From Psammoneis japonica (taxonomy: Eukaryota), in assembly GCA_008632985.1 (NCBI GenBank), contig QPGO01000352.1, positions 1 to 46,885 of the forward strand: DNA of 46,885 bases, read 5' to 3'. A model generated the notes under the pieces. It saw nothing but the letters and a program-made list of their open reading frames with translations. It was not told the origin of the DNA and did not search any database. The position numbers and the translations under genes are program-made. Positions 1 to 12,413 of the stretch are shown one piece after another; position 1 is the stretch's first letter; every line of letters begins with the position of its first letter.

Positions 1-2145
1 GGTGTGGCTACCGTCGTCAACGGAACGAGACACCATGGTGGGTCGGCAGTTCTACGGAGGACCTGGTGTTGAAATCACGCAGGTAAATTCAATGCCATCG
101 TGCGCAGAATCATGGAGACCACAATGGCACCTGTTCAACGTTTTGGGAACATGCCTGTTCTGCAGATGGAAACTGTTCTTTCAATCACTTGCCTCATTGT
201 CAGCTCTGTCGCAAAGCACATGTGAGCAACCATTTTAGCACGTCCGAGGATCCTTCTGACGTCGCCGACAATTCACGGGAAGAAGGAACACCAGTGGATG
301 GCCCAGTTGCAATCAACGTTCCTCCTGTTTCTAGCACATGTCCACACAATGCTTGTGCACCCTGGAATGTGCTCGACACTGCGTTTCGTTTTCTGGCTCC
401 GGCTGACCACCCCTGTTCACATGGCCAATGCGAAGGTGCACCGAAACCTCCCACTGGCAGGGAAGTGACTGTCTTCAACCCGTTGGCACATGACATCCAA
501 TCCACTCAAGACTCAGCCACAGATCCATCCACATCGACTGATTCTTCTCGTCGCAGATGCAAACGTCAACATGTGGCCGCCCCAAGACAATGGTTGGCCT
601 CCATCAAACTCACTGTTCCCTGGTTGCAGCAAGCGATCGTGTTTGCGCATCACAACATGAGAACACATCCGCCGGGCACCCCAAGTGCCAAGTGCTTTTG
701 GACGAAAGCCAACCTCACGGCCTGTCTTCGCACTTGTGCCGTCATCCAACACCACATCGACACAGTGTGTGCAGCTGCAAAATGCAATCTGCCTTGCCCA
801 ACACATCCAGCACCTTGGCTCAATCCCAAAGCACTTTCACGTTGTCATCATGCACCAATGCACACCATTGGTCTGGGCAATGTTGGGGGTGATTTCTAAA
901 TGATGTCCAAATTGTTCTCTTGATTTGAACTTCAGGCAACCTTTGGAAAGCAAGCAAACAAATGCTTGCGGTCCATCCAGTCCCTCCGATCAACCAAACA
1001 TTTTGCGGCTCATCCACTGTCCACCAGCAAGTGGGGCACAGGTGCCTGGGTCAGTGAAAACCACTTCTTTTGGGCAAGGACAGTAAAATTTGTGGTTGCG
1101 CTGCCTGCGCTCCACCATCGCCAGTCAATGAACAATCACTCGGATCATGCAGGTGTGTCACGGATGTTGCTTCGATTCGCTTCTGCCACACAAGCTTGTC
1201 TGAGCCAAGTCATGTCTTCGGAGCACGTTGTTGGGGACCTTCACAAAATGGTTTTGATGTGTTTGGATGCAATGGTCGAGATGGACATGAGGTTGATGAA
1301 AGCACCCTCAGATGAGACAGACAACGATGCCGTAGAAGGCACTGGTGAAGTTCGGAAGAAAAAGAAAAAAAGGCGAACTTTGTGAAATCTGTTTCACTTG
1401 GAATGCTGGGAGTCGCGGAATCCCACCAACATGATGGACCGGTCATTTTGCATTGGGAGGGTGACGATTCTGGAGAAAGTGGTGTGCAAACTGTGAGGCC
1501 AGAGGTTGGCATCAAACGCAGCAATTTGGGCTGGCAAAAAAATCGCTTTGCGTCACATTCACCAACAGGCAACCATTTCTTGGCTTTTAGAACGTGACAG
1601 TGAGAAAGGTTCATCGAAGAACAGACGTCTAGATGGCATCTTCAAAATCTGCAGCAACTGGGACACATTGTTGGAGGCAAGACAGCAATGCCTTCCCTTT
1701 GCTGGCCTTGTGTTGTCCGACTGCACTGTGTGGTTGTTGTTTCGACCAGTGGGTGAAAAAAGGAGCTGCTCGCTCCTCTGCAACTGCAGTTGCTTTAGAA
1801 TTTGTGGATGAGGAAGGTGAAGAAATTTTGGACTTGTGTTGGATGGCGCCAGTTCAAGCAACAGACAGGAGAAAATCATTTGATGCGGCAACAGATCTTT
1901 GCAACAGCTTGGGACATCAGTTTGTGCTGGCATTGCCAAGGGTGGAAGATGATGGTGAAACGTTCGTAAACAGCTTTTGTTGTGTCAGCCATCTGTGGAA
2001 AGAAAGAACCAGAGATGAATGCTTTGTGAAATCGGAACTCAGCTTGGACGTTTTTGACGATTGGCTGACAGCCGGCAAACCATCAACTGCTCTGTCATCC
2101 GTCTCGGTTGACAATCCAGCCTGTGTGGGGGAGACAATGGCATGA
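1..2145 (+). pseudogene. Frameshifted Plavaka/CMC(EnSpm)-like DDE transposase relic
   Basis: Joining frames gives GDHNGTCSTFW..LPHCQLCRK, then CHHAPMHTIGLG (the MHxxxLG motif of CMC-type transposases), WGTGAWVSENHFFWARTVKF, and HQHDGPVILHWEGDDSGE (GP...W...E catalytic Glu region). Multiple frameshifts and stops. Confidence 0.6.
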
Positions 2146-2305
2146 GCAGTGCACGTGCTCCAATGGTGGACAGACCCGTGCAGGAGCAGCGCACATGCTC
2201 TTTTGTTTGAAGACGCGCTGTTGTGGCCGACACGCAGCTAGCTGCGGGGGATGAGAAGGACATGCAAGCTGGGCATCTGCTCTCATTGCATGTTCCTGTT
2301 TCTCT

Positions 2306-4153
2306 TTATGAAGTGGAGCTGTGCAGATTGTCCCTCATTTTGTTTGACATTTTGTTTTTGGCCAAAATGTCCAACATTGCCTCTGGTGGATTAGACAGCA
2401 GTTTGTCAAAATTGAACTCAAATGCAATTTGAATGGGACCATGATCCCAAGTCGACCCGGCCCAATCATTGTCCTCACACAGTTCCTTGGCAATCTCCTC
2501 CATCGTTTTTTCCTCACCATCACATGAAAAGTTCTGGATTGATCCACCAGAAGGCAGCTCTTTGGGGTCACTGGAACCATCAAAGTGACAAAGAAAATTC
2601 GCCTCATCGTGGAAAACAAAAAATGACATTCCTGCAAAATGGACATCGCAGTGGTTGACCCTCCCTTTGCTGATCCAGAAGCAAAACATTTTGCAAAGAA
2701 TGTTCTCAACAAAACGAGTGGTGAAGTGAGTGTCTTTCTTGTCATCACCCCCGGGGTTGTTCAACTGCACAGTGAATGCACCCTGTGTGGTTTGAGCCAA
2801 ACGGAACATGTCCGCATCGTCCATCTTGCCCAGTCCACATTCTTCGGCAATTTTCATGTTGGGGAGGGAATCCTTTTTGCAGTGGCAACAATGCAGCATC
2901 CAAACAGGAAGCTGGCCAATTTCTGCCATGATCGCAATCGAATGATTGAGACACAAGACGTCGCATTGCGGCGAGAATTCAGACAACTGATTCATCAGTT
3001 TCTTGTAAATGGAGACGATGTCTTTGTTTTGTGGCTTGTTTGCATGCTCATTCCAAATGTCACAAATCCACTTTCCCTTTTTGTCATTCCGTTCTTTCCA
3101 TTCAGCCTTGGTTGGCAAGGGTGGTCTCTTGCTGCACGATGCACATCGTAGAGGGATGCCTCTGCAGTGTGCCTCTTTTGTGTGGACCATCATTTTGCAA
3201 ATGAGACATCCCAATCCGCAGGGGTCGCTTGGCGGCTGGAAGGCATTGACAGATAAAAGAACCAACACAACTGCTCCAAAGCAATGAGACTGCACCGGGT
3301 GCACCTCAAAGCAAGTCTGAACAGCGACAATCTGCAGCAACGTAAGTGAGAACTTGCCAATCATTGCGACAATGAAGTGTAGAAAGAGCTGGTGGTGTGA
3401 CGTTGGTTCCATGTTGCAGTCGCCTTTCAATGCATCAATTCCTTTGCATCCCTTGAATCCTGTCAAGTGATCATAGATTGTTGCCGGCCCCAGTCGTTGC
3501 CGGTGCACAGGCAAGTTTTGGCAGGTGCAAATGGCTCGTGTTGTGATGGGCAAGGCAAGTCGAATCCTCTTCTCCGCAGTTTCTACAGAACTGTGGGTGC
3601 AAGCAATGGCAGCATCTCTTGTTTCTCCATCATCTCGGATGTTTGAAACAGACAAAACTGGGGGCATGTCTTTGTTTTGGCCGTTGCACTCATCCGAGTG
3701 GCAATCCGTAATTTTGCCAAATTTGGTTTTCGCCAGACGCAGTGCCTCCACGACATTGCTTGCTGAGGCATCCGGCAACGAACCCGCACAGTCTTGACGT
3801 CGGTTTTTTGTCTCTTCATCGTGCCACAATCTAGATGTAAAAGTGGGATTCAGTGTCTCCGCAATTTCAGACATTGACTCAAAAAAAGACATTGCTTCCT
3901 TGGTCCCTTTCCCAACTCGAGGCCGTGCAACACCATCAGCATGGCCTTCCCTTGTAGTGCTTGTGTTGGTGCAAACGCCAAAATCTGCAAAGTGGTCCTT
4001 TGGTTGACGATGGGTCCCAGCTTTCTTGGGCTTGTTGCTTTTCTTTTTCTGAAAATGCTTTCTCTTGCCAGTTTTCTTGCCAACATTGCCTTTCTTTGTT
4101 TTCTTTCCCTGGTTGCTTTTCGACTCACGTTCATGGCATTTGTCAATCAGCAC
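2306..4153 (-). pseudogene. Large hypermutated gene of unknown function, convergent with the transposase
   Basis: 615-aa frame with a Lys-rich N-terminus and globular-looking segments. Contains CHSDECN..RDAAIACTH and LNHSIAIMAEIGQLPVW..FVENILCK motifs. Almost no Tyr, with excess Cys/His. Confidence 0.55.
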
Positions 4154-4290
4154 GCGCGATCAGCCCCAGTCAATTTGGCAGATTGGGTGTTTGTTTGGAA
4201 AGTGGCTGAGCACCAACATGAAGTCATTGCAATGGTCAGAATCAACATCATGCAAGGACCATTTGATGTCAGTTTCATCCTGTCCAAGCA

Positions 4291-5760
4291 TCAACACCAA
4301 ATCCGGAAGGGCACTTGGTGGTGGGGGATGTCTGCTCTGCTTGCCAAGCAAACCTGCAGTTTCAACTGGAAGACAACATGCAGATGGGTGGCATGCTTTT
4401 GCCTGCGTTCTCCAGACAGTTTCCCCAAATTATAAAGTGCTTTGGCTTTTCCAGAATTGCAACGGAAGCATGCACTGTTCATCTCCTCAAATGCAAAAAC
4501 AACATTGAACATGTTTTTGGCATGCAAGCTCTCTTCTTGTGGCAGGGAATGGGGCAACACTGTTTTCTCCCGCCGAGTCATGCAGTTGCCAGTGAAAGCA
4601 GGACGCAGCATCTGCAAGGGCAGTGCTGCCTCAACAGCGCTTGGATGGCAATCAGATGATTTGTCTCTGCTTCCACTGGGGAAATCAGAATCGGAGAAAT
4701 CACTGGGAAGTGCTGACACAACTGCGCCGTCATGCCAATGTGATGATTGGTCACTCTGACTTGAGAAAACAGAATCAACGCCATTGCTGTTTGTTGATTG
4801 TTCCTCGACGTGATGCACAGAAGCCGAGTCCTCATGGCGTTTTGCTTCTTCTCGCATGTGCTGCTCACTCAGCAAGCAAAGCAACCGGTCTGCTGGTCTT
4901 CACTTGCGAGGAGGTGGAGATCGTCCCAGGGGAGATTCCAGGCTGCATGACCTGCCATGAATGCCTGGGTTTGCGAACACACGATCGACCCCGACACCTT
5001 GATGGCGACCTCAACATTGTTGGAGACCTGTTTTTTGACCTGGAGGGTGACCTGCACCTGGATGGTGACCTGTGCGGTGACCTGTGTCTGCACCGAGGTG
5101 ACAACCTAGACCTTTTGTTGGATGAATCCAGAGACCTTCGATGAGACCATTGCCGTGAACTGGATGGAGACCTTTGGCGTGACCTCTGCCGCGATTGCGA
5201 CCGACCGCGGCAATCCCCACATGGAGAGCAGGGAACAGTGCCACAACATTCCCTGCAACTGCGCCGGCAACTTGAGTGATGGTGACCCATGGATGGTGAC
5301 CGACACTGTCGCAGATGCCTGGGATGAGAATGAGACCTGCGGCAGACCCAGAATGACGAGACCTTGATCGACAAGGAGAGCCACGTGAAGAAGTTCCAGA
5401 GCGACAATGATGGCTGGTCCGATGATGCGATCGAGACCAAGAACTTGACAAAGAGCAAGACCGAGGACTTGACCAAGACCGGGACGGCGATTGACACCTT
5501 CGTCGTTGGTGGGAATTCGACCTCGACCTGCATTGCTGTTTGGACAGTCTGCGTTCCCTGGATCTGTCATTTGGATTTAACCACAACCGACCTGTGGAAC
5601 TTTGATCAGGCGATTCGGATCTTTGACAAATCAAGCGACCCGGCGGATCTCTTGATGGACGCGCACTCCTCCTTCTTCCCTCAGGAGCGCCGGATCTGCT
5701 CCAAGCGGGAGCATCACATTTGCCTTTTCTGTGATGCATGGATGGCTGGAATTTGAGCAA
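4291..5760 (-). pseudogene. Arg/Ser-rich low-complexity coding relic, probably the upstream part of the 2306-4153 gene
   Basis: RSPSRCRSPSRSKNRSP / RSRSNSHQRRRCQSPSRS repeats spread over shifting frames; same strand as the 615-aa frame. Confidence 0.4.
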
Positions 5761-6424
5761 GCAGATGCTGCAATGAAAAACAATGAGAGCAGCACAGCTT
5801 CACAACTCCTTTGTCATGCGCAAGAGAATGTGATCGTGTGATGATGATGCCGCCTTTGTGTGGTCGTGATTGAGAGATGCATGTTGGGTGAGTCAGAACA
5901 TCGGAATCCGGAATTTTGCATGTCATCCCCTCACGCAGCCAACTGGTTGTGGCCGCCTGCAGCGCCACAAACAGAACACCACAAAAATTCTGCATTCATC
6001 ATAGATTTTAATGAGAAAATGGGTCCCTTCTTTTCTGCAACATCGCTGCATTTGCTGCATGTTGCAATGACACAAATGGCGGAAAAGCGTGCATCCATGA
6101 CACAGCCGCTGACACCGCTGTTGTCATCAAACTTTGCTGTTTGTGCAACGCCGTTGTCATTCATCCTTCCATTGCATGTTGTCATTTTTGTCAACTTGTC
6201 AACAAGTGTTGACAACATTGTGACCTTCAGCAAAGGATCATTGCGAGACACCACCAGAACAGAAACTGCAACGCTGCTGCAAGAACAATGCTGAGCTCAC
6301 GGTGCAGTCTGCACATTGTTTCTTTATCTCGCATCTCAGATAATTTGGTGTGTGTGCTGCACTTCGTTGACTCCTTACAATCATCATCAGGCACTGCAAC
6401 GAAATTGGTTGCAGACAAAGTCAG

Positions 6425-7650
6425 CAACTTCCCCGCATCTCTGCGTCTGCTGCTGACAATTGCACAGCTTCTGATGAGTGGGACTGCCAGTCCGTCGCCC
6501 AGTGATGTTCCGCCAATCGGTTTTCAATGATGAGACCTGGAGAACTGGCTGGGGCACCCTCGGTGTGTTGTGCAGTTTGAAGAAAAGAGGACCGGCTGAT
6601 CTGGGTTGTGTTGGCAGACGGCGCAAGCTCATTTTTCCTTGACATTGGCAAGAAGACACATGTTCCAAAGCCACTTGTCGGTGGGTCGTCTCCGTCTTTG
6701 ATGACTCTTCCCTGCATCTCCGTGTCTGCTGCTGAGAATTGCACAGCAACGGACGAGTGGGACTGCCAGTCCGTCGCCCAGCAACATTCCGCTAATCGGT
6801 TTTCAATGATGAGACCTGGAGAACTGGCTGGGGCACCCTCGTTGTGTTGCACAGTTTGAAGAAAAGAGGGCCAGCTGATCTGGGTTGTGTTGGCAGACAG
6901 CGCAAGCTCATTTTTCCTTGACATTGGCAAGAACACATGCACTCCAAAGCCACTTGTCAGTGGGTCGTCTTTGTCTGTTGTGTCTCTTCCCTGCATCTCC
7001 GCGTCTGCTGCTGACAATTGTGCAGCAACGGATGAGTGGGACTGCCAGTCCGTCGCCCAGTGACATTCTGCTGATCGGTTTTCAATGATGAGACCCGGAG
7101 AACTGGCTGGAGCACCCTCGTTGTGTTGTGCAGTTTGAAGAAAAGGGGACCGGCTGATCTGGGTTGTGTTGGCAGACGGTGTGAGCTCTTTTTTCCTTGA
7201 CATTGGCAAGAACACACATGTTCCAAAGCCACTTGTCGGTGGGTTGTCTCCGTCTGTCACATCTCTTCCCTGCATCTCCGCATCTCTGCTGACAATTGTG
7301 CAGCAACGGACAAGTGGGACTGCCAGTCTGTCGCCCGGTGACATTCCGCTAATCGGTTCTCAACAATGAGACCTGGAGAACTGGCTGGGGCACCCTCGTT
7401 GTGTTGTGCAGTTTGAAGAAAAGGGGGCCGGCTGATCTGGGTTGTGTTGGCAGATGGCGCAAGCTCATTTTTCCTTGACATTGGCAAGAACATGTGTGTT
7501 CCAAAGCCACTTGTCGGTGGGTCGTCTCCACATCTGTTGTGTCTCTTCCCTGCATTTCCATGTCTGTCGCCCACCGACAGTCCGCTGATCGGTTTTCAAC
7601 AATGAGACCTGGAGAACTGGCTGGGGCACCCTCGTTGTGTGGTGCAGTTT
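6425..7650. repeat. Tandem repeat, about 279-bp unit, about 4.3 copies
   Basis: GCTGATCTGGGTTGTGTTGGCAGA recurs at 6595, 6874, 7153 and 7431 (spacing 279, 279, 278). Reads as a 93-aa repeat on the minus strand. Confidence 0.95.
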
Positions 7651-10600
7651 GACGCAAATGAGGCAGCAGCAAAGGGAAGCAAGGATTCGCCTGCGATGTC
7701 AGGGGACAATGGAATGAAAGCTCTTGCCAAAGCAGCTGTTGTTGCATCCCAAGAAGAGAAGGAGGAAATCCGGTTGTCACAGGAGGAGAATGACCACAAT
7801 TCCCAGGAAGAAGATGTGGAAGAAGAGGAGGAGGAAATGCGGCTGTCAGAGGAGGAGAAGGAAGCTGTGAATTCTAAGGAAACAGACAATGATGCTTCTC
7901 AGGAGAAGGAAGATGTGGATTCTTTGCCAAAATCATCAAAATCCAAGGAGGGGGACATTCAAAAATTCCTCCCAAGCTCCGGCATTTCATGACTTCAATC
8001 AAACATGACATGTCAAAGCGTGTGTGGGACAATGTCCACTGCACTTGTCCCTTGTTTGCCGTGGTCAACCCAAGCACAGAACCAAAATCACTGGCTAAAT
8101 TGGCAAATTCTGGAGACGCGGGCCGAACAATCGTGGGAAGAAATGCTTTTTGTTGCATCACAACCAGAAGGGGTTGTCATCCGACTTCGGCAAAGAAGGA
8201 ATTAAAAAATCAATGGAAGCTGCAAAGGATTTTCTTCTTCGTGAATTTAATCAAGAAAACAAAGGCGACATTGTCAATTTGTTGAACAACAAACACACTC
8301 ACATTTTGGGAATTTGTGCAGTGCCAAAAAATGAAGAAATCGGCAAACTGGACGCGCATCTTGTCGCTGCATTGTTGTGTCGGTGCATTGAATTGGTGCC
8401 AGCAACAATTGTTGACTGTGTTCGAGTCGACAGAGGAGCCGAAGTCCACAACCATGGGTTGTGCCCATTCCTGATCAGCCTGGCTCAATCCATCGGCTGC
8501 ACGGTTGTTGGCACTTGGGACACAATGCTGCATTGTCAAGTCAAGCTCAAACAATGCTGCTGTGAAACTTTGGGTTTCGAGGACATCACAGAGGAAATGA
8601 ATGAGGAGCCCTCTTGGGAAAGAGCAAGACACCATTGGAATTGGAGTGATTTGATTGAAGAGGATGGAGACAACACTCGGGCACTGATGGTGAAACGCAG
8701 AGTCACCACATGTTGTGCAAAAATCACCTTGCCCATCTCTCACACAGACAATGATTTCCAATGCAATGCAAAACATTGGCGGGATCGTGTTGGGTTCTGG
8801 AGCAGCAAGAAGAGACCCACCGATCAACACCAAGATTTGGTGGATCAAGAGAAAGACCTCATCTGCAAATCATCAGTGGTGATGGTTGGCAATGCAACAC
8901 TGGATTCTTTTAAAGATTCCTGGCAAAAGCACATGGATGGACGCCAATGGTTTGACATTGGAAAGTGCATTTGCGAATCCTGCGAATGTTGTGCGGGTGC
9001 AAGTGACGCCAACCAAGTTAAGTCACATTTCAAGACAACGGCTTTGTTTGCCGCAAGCGTCAATTTCTCCTGCCAAACGAGTGAATTGGCAAATGATGAA
9101 ACATGGAAAAGAGCAGCGTTTCGATCGAGAACTTCCGAGCCAACTCAAAGAGCGAAATGTGTGAGGGGCAAGTTTGACGCAACTGCGGAGTCGGGAACTG
9201 ACAACGGGAAGCATGTTCTCAACCCCAAGCATTGCCAACAGAGTCGGAGCGATTCAGATGAAGACATGGAAATGGAAATGCCTTCAGGTGATGATGGAGC
9301 CACATGTCAACTTCTTGAAAGAATCCATTTGAAGTGCAACACGTGCAACATGGTGTTTCCCATTGATTGCAACCAGGAAGATCAAGGTGGACTGTCACCA
9401 GCAGCAACTTTGTTTTCAGCGCTTGCGGGACCTTGCTGTGATCATGCAATGTGTGTTCCGGGCAAGCACCCCATTTGCACTGCACAAAGCAAAATTGCAG
9501 AGTGCGAGCTGCTGGTTGGTGCTGCACAAGAAGACAGAGAAACTCTGAAGGACCTGGAGAAACGCCAAGTGCGGTTGAACAAAAAGGATTTCTTTCTGCA
9601 ACCTTTGCGACACATTGCAATTTGGTGCAAAGAAGCGGAACAACTGCATTGGTGCCAGATCAATCGGTCATTCCAACAATGTCGTTTTGCAGAGCTGGCG
9701 AAGGAGGCGATGCTTGACCAAAAATTCTCTGCCAGGGGAAACAAGAGAGAAAAGAAGGAACCGAAACCACAAGAGGGAGATGGTGACCCAGAGGAAGAGG
9801 AGTCTGAATCGGAGCCAGAAGATCAAGGTCTCCTTGTGTCACGAAGAAAAGTGTTGTCTGCCAGGGACAAGAAATGTCAAGATCTACGTCATGAGGCGAG
9901 GGTGCACTGTGAGGATGCCAAAGAATTGGCATGGCTGCATGGTTTTGAGTGGGTCGATCGGGCCACACGGCAGGATGAAAGTGAGGTGCCAGGTGATGCT
10001 GTTGAGCATGAAGGGCCAGTTTTGTGTGGGTGGTTCGAAGATCTCAAGCACAGCAGAACATTTGCTGAAGACTGTTTTGGAGCGACCAATGACAAGGACA
10101 TTGGAGGAGCGAAGATGAACCTTGTTCGAGACACCATTGAGGAAGCCAAAGAGAAGCCTGACACAAGAGTGACTCTCAACGCTGGACAAAAGAGGCAAAT
10201 TGGAAAAGTGAGACGGCTGACAGAGAAGGAGCTGGTGAAGGAGGGGCTTGCAGCCGATGATGATTTTGAAGGTCCGGAGGGAACGCCAGCATTCGTGGGG
10301 GTTGGCACAAGGAAGAAACCGCACCATTGCACCATGGAGTGGGCAAGAGCCAATTTTCAGCAGCGATGTCCCGGAGTGCACAAGGCCATGTGTGATTGGA
10401 AACCAGGGAAGAAATGGTGCAGACTGCCGGAGGGTGACGTGTCAGACAAAAGCGGGCTGGAATTTCCCAGCTCGGGACCCCCAGTCAAACATCAACAAGG
10501 GGAGAAAGACACGTGCATGTTTTTGAGCCTGGCTGGTGTCCCAAATTACATTGGAGATGAAAGGATGGAGCGATGTGTTGTGAGTTGCATGGATCATTCT

Positions 10601-11040
10601 TGCAGGTCAGAGAACACCAACAACAAACAGTTGGAGTTCGCCATTGGCATGTTGTTGGGACAAAAGCAGAAGCTTTGTCCTCCACTGGCTACATCAATGA
10701 AGTGGCACGCATGCAAGAAGCGTCAGAAAATGGCAGCTGGCAAGAAGGGATTCTTCGATTTGACCACCCACATTGCCGATGACATCGTTCTTTGTCGGTT
10801 GACAAACAATCATTGCATTGCTTTGCATGGTGGTTGGATCTTTGACTCCAATCATGAATTCGCTCTTCCGGCAAAAGACATTCAGTGGTTGAATTGGTGT
10901 TCAGGGAATGAAACATTTGAAGCAGATGCACTGGCAGAAGATCCAAAATCAGCAGCGGAGGAAGCAGTTTTTTTTTGAAATGCCGAAGGCTGTCCAAACA
11001 AGGTTGCGCAAACGCAAGCGGCAAGACAATGCAATCACAG
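7639..11040 (+). pseudogene. Large multidomain relic: acidic N-terminus, GNAT-like domain, C-terminal papain-like (Cys/His/Asp-Asn) domain
   Basis: 942-aa frame 8150-10978 plus frameshifted flanks. TIVDCVRVDRG..NHGLCPFLISLAQ..MLHCQVKLKQCCCETLGF reads as GNAT motifs A/B once Tyr is restored (DYV; YYETLGF). QQGEKDTCMFLSLA..NHCIALHGGWIFDSN resembles a papain-fold catalytic set. Confidence 0.5.
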
Positions 11041-11399
11041 GTCAACTCTTCTCACTTGGCATGGTTGTGGCCAACGATTTCCAGGCATGTGGGCGTTTGC
11101 GAGTCACCAATGTTTTGCCAACAAGCCTGGCCTTTTCTGCAGCACGCAACAGTTGGCACATTTGCGGCAGTGTGTGAGGCTTCCCACCAAGGACATTCTT
11201 CACATGAGCCCCTTAGTTTGAAAACACATGCCCACGGGTTGATCTGCAAAATGACTGAGCAATTTGCAGATGCCATTCATTTCCTCGTCCATGTGCGGGC
11301 ACACATTTAACCAACAGCGGCATCCATCAACAGTGCATTGGCTCACAAGAGGCTTTGTCCACTGATCGTGCTTTTGGACTTTCACGTTGTCCAATGGGG

Positions 11400-12413
11400 T
11401 GGCGCAAAGCAGGGGAAGGAAACGATTCTTGGTCGCTGGCGTCAGATCACTTCATTTCACAGGAGCAAACACAAGCAAGCCGCTGCCCCACGCATCTTGC
11501 TCTGTCACTTTGAGTTTCTTCAGGACAGTTTGTCGACGCTCGGCTGTGAGATGGAACTGTGAAGTTGCAGTCTTCCATGTCATGATGATTTCTTTACAAT
11601 CCATGCCCATGGAGGTGCCACGATTGGGAAGAGATGATGTCATGCTGCAAAACCGATTGTGATGATCGGGTTTTGCCAAAACCATGCCAACTTGCAGCCA
11701 TTTGCCCATGGCAACACAGGCAACAGCATCAACAAAATGCTTGGGTTTTGCCAGGCATGACAGCATGCATCCACTGCATCTGCCCGTCATGATTTTGTCA
11801 ACAACAATCTCAGAGGAATGGCGGTGAGCCAACCGACCGAGAGATTCTAGAAAGTCGTCGCTGAGTGTTGTGTCATTGTTTGCCAGCATCAATTCTAAAA
11901 ACAATGCAGTGATTGGCACCTTCTTTACAACCTGATCAAACAACGGAGATGAATGTGGTTGAGACAATCCTTTTTGCACTCACTGAGCTCCGCGGAGCTC
12001 AGAGTGCCTGGCATGTGATGCGGCAGCGCAATGGTGTGATTGCGTGTAAAAGAGTTAAACACGTCGTCCAGATGCATTGCCGTGCTCGGACCATGTTCTG
12101 CACTGAACGTGCTGGCAGTCCAACAGTGGACAAGCCCATGATCACCGGCCACATGACTTCCACATGCAATCAAACATCCGTCGTTGTGCCCTCCCGTCAC
12201 AGAATTAATTGCAAACAAATTTGCATCGGAGCCGTTTGGCATCACTTTGTGCAGCAGCAATTCACCATCAAAGTGACGAAAAACAACTTCTTCCAACTGC
12301 TTGTGATGGCCGATGTCCATGGAAGAATTCATCAAATCTTCGCCATTGCGTTTTAAGCCACGCGGGCTAACGGCAACCGAATTGCACCCCCAATTGTTTG
12401 CCATGTCGTCCAT
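11400..12413 (-). pseudogene. Class-III (PLP-dependent) aminotransferase-fold relic
   Basis: Motifs in the expected order: NGSDANLFAI (cf. SGSEANE), ITALFLE, FLESLGRLAHRH.EIVVDKIMTGRCSG (cf. LIxDEVxTGxGRxG), VAMGKW (PLP lysine), AWGSGLLVF (cf. RGxGL), KNRFLP. One frameshift near 11927 and a stop near 11452. Confidence 0.7.

Noticed and set aside
6425..7650. CRISPR-like array
   Set aside because: Long contiguous units with no unique spacers, in a eukaryotic context.
8150..10978. Genuinely Cys-rich metal-binding protein
   Set aside because: Many Cys/His are best read as mutated Tyr (e.g. KQCCCETLGF).
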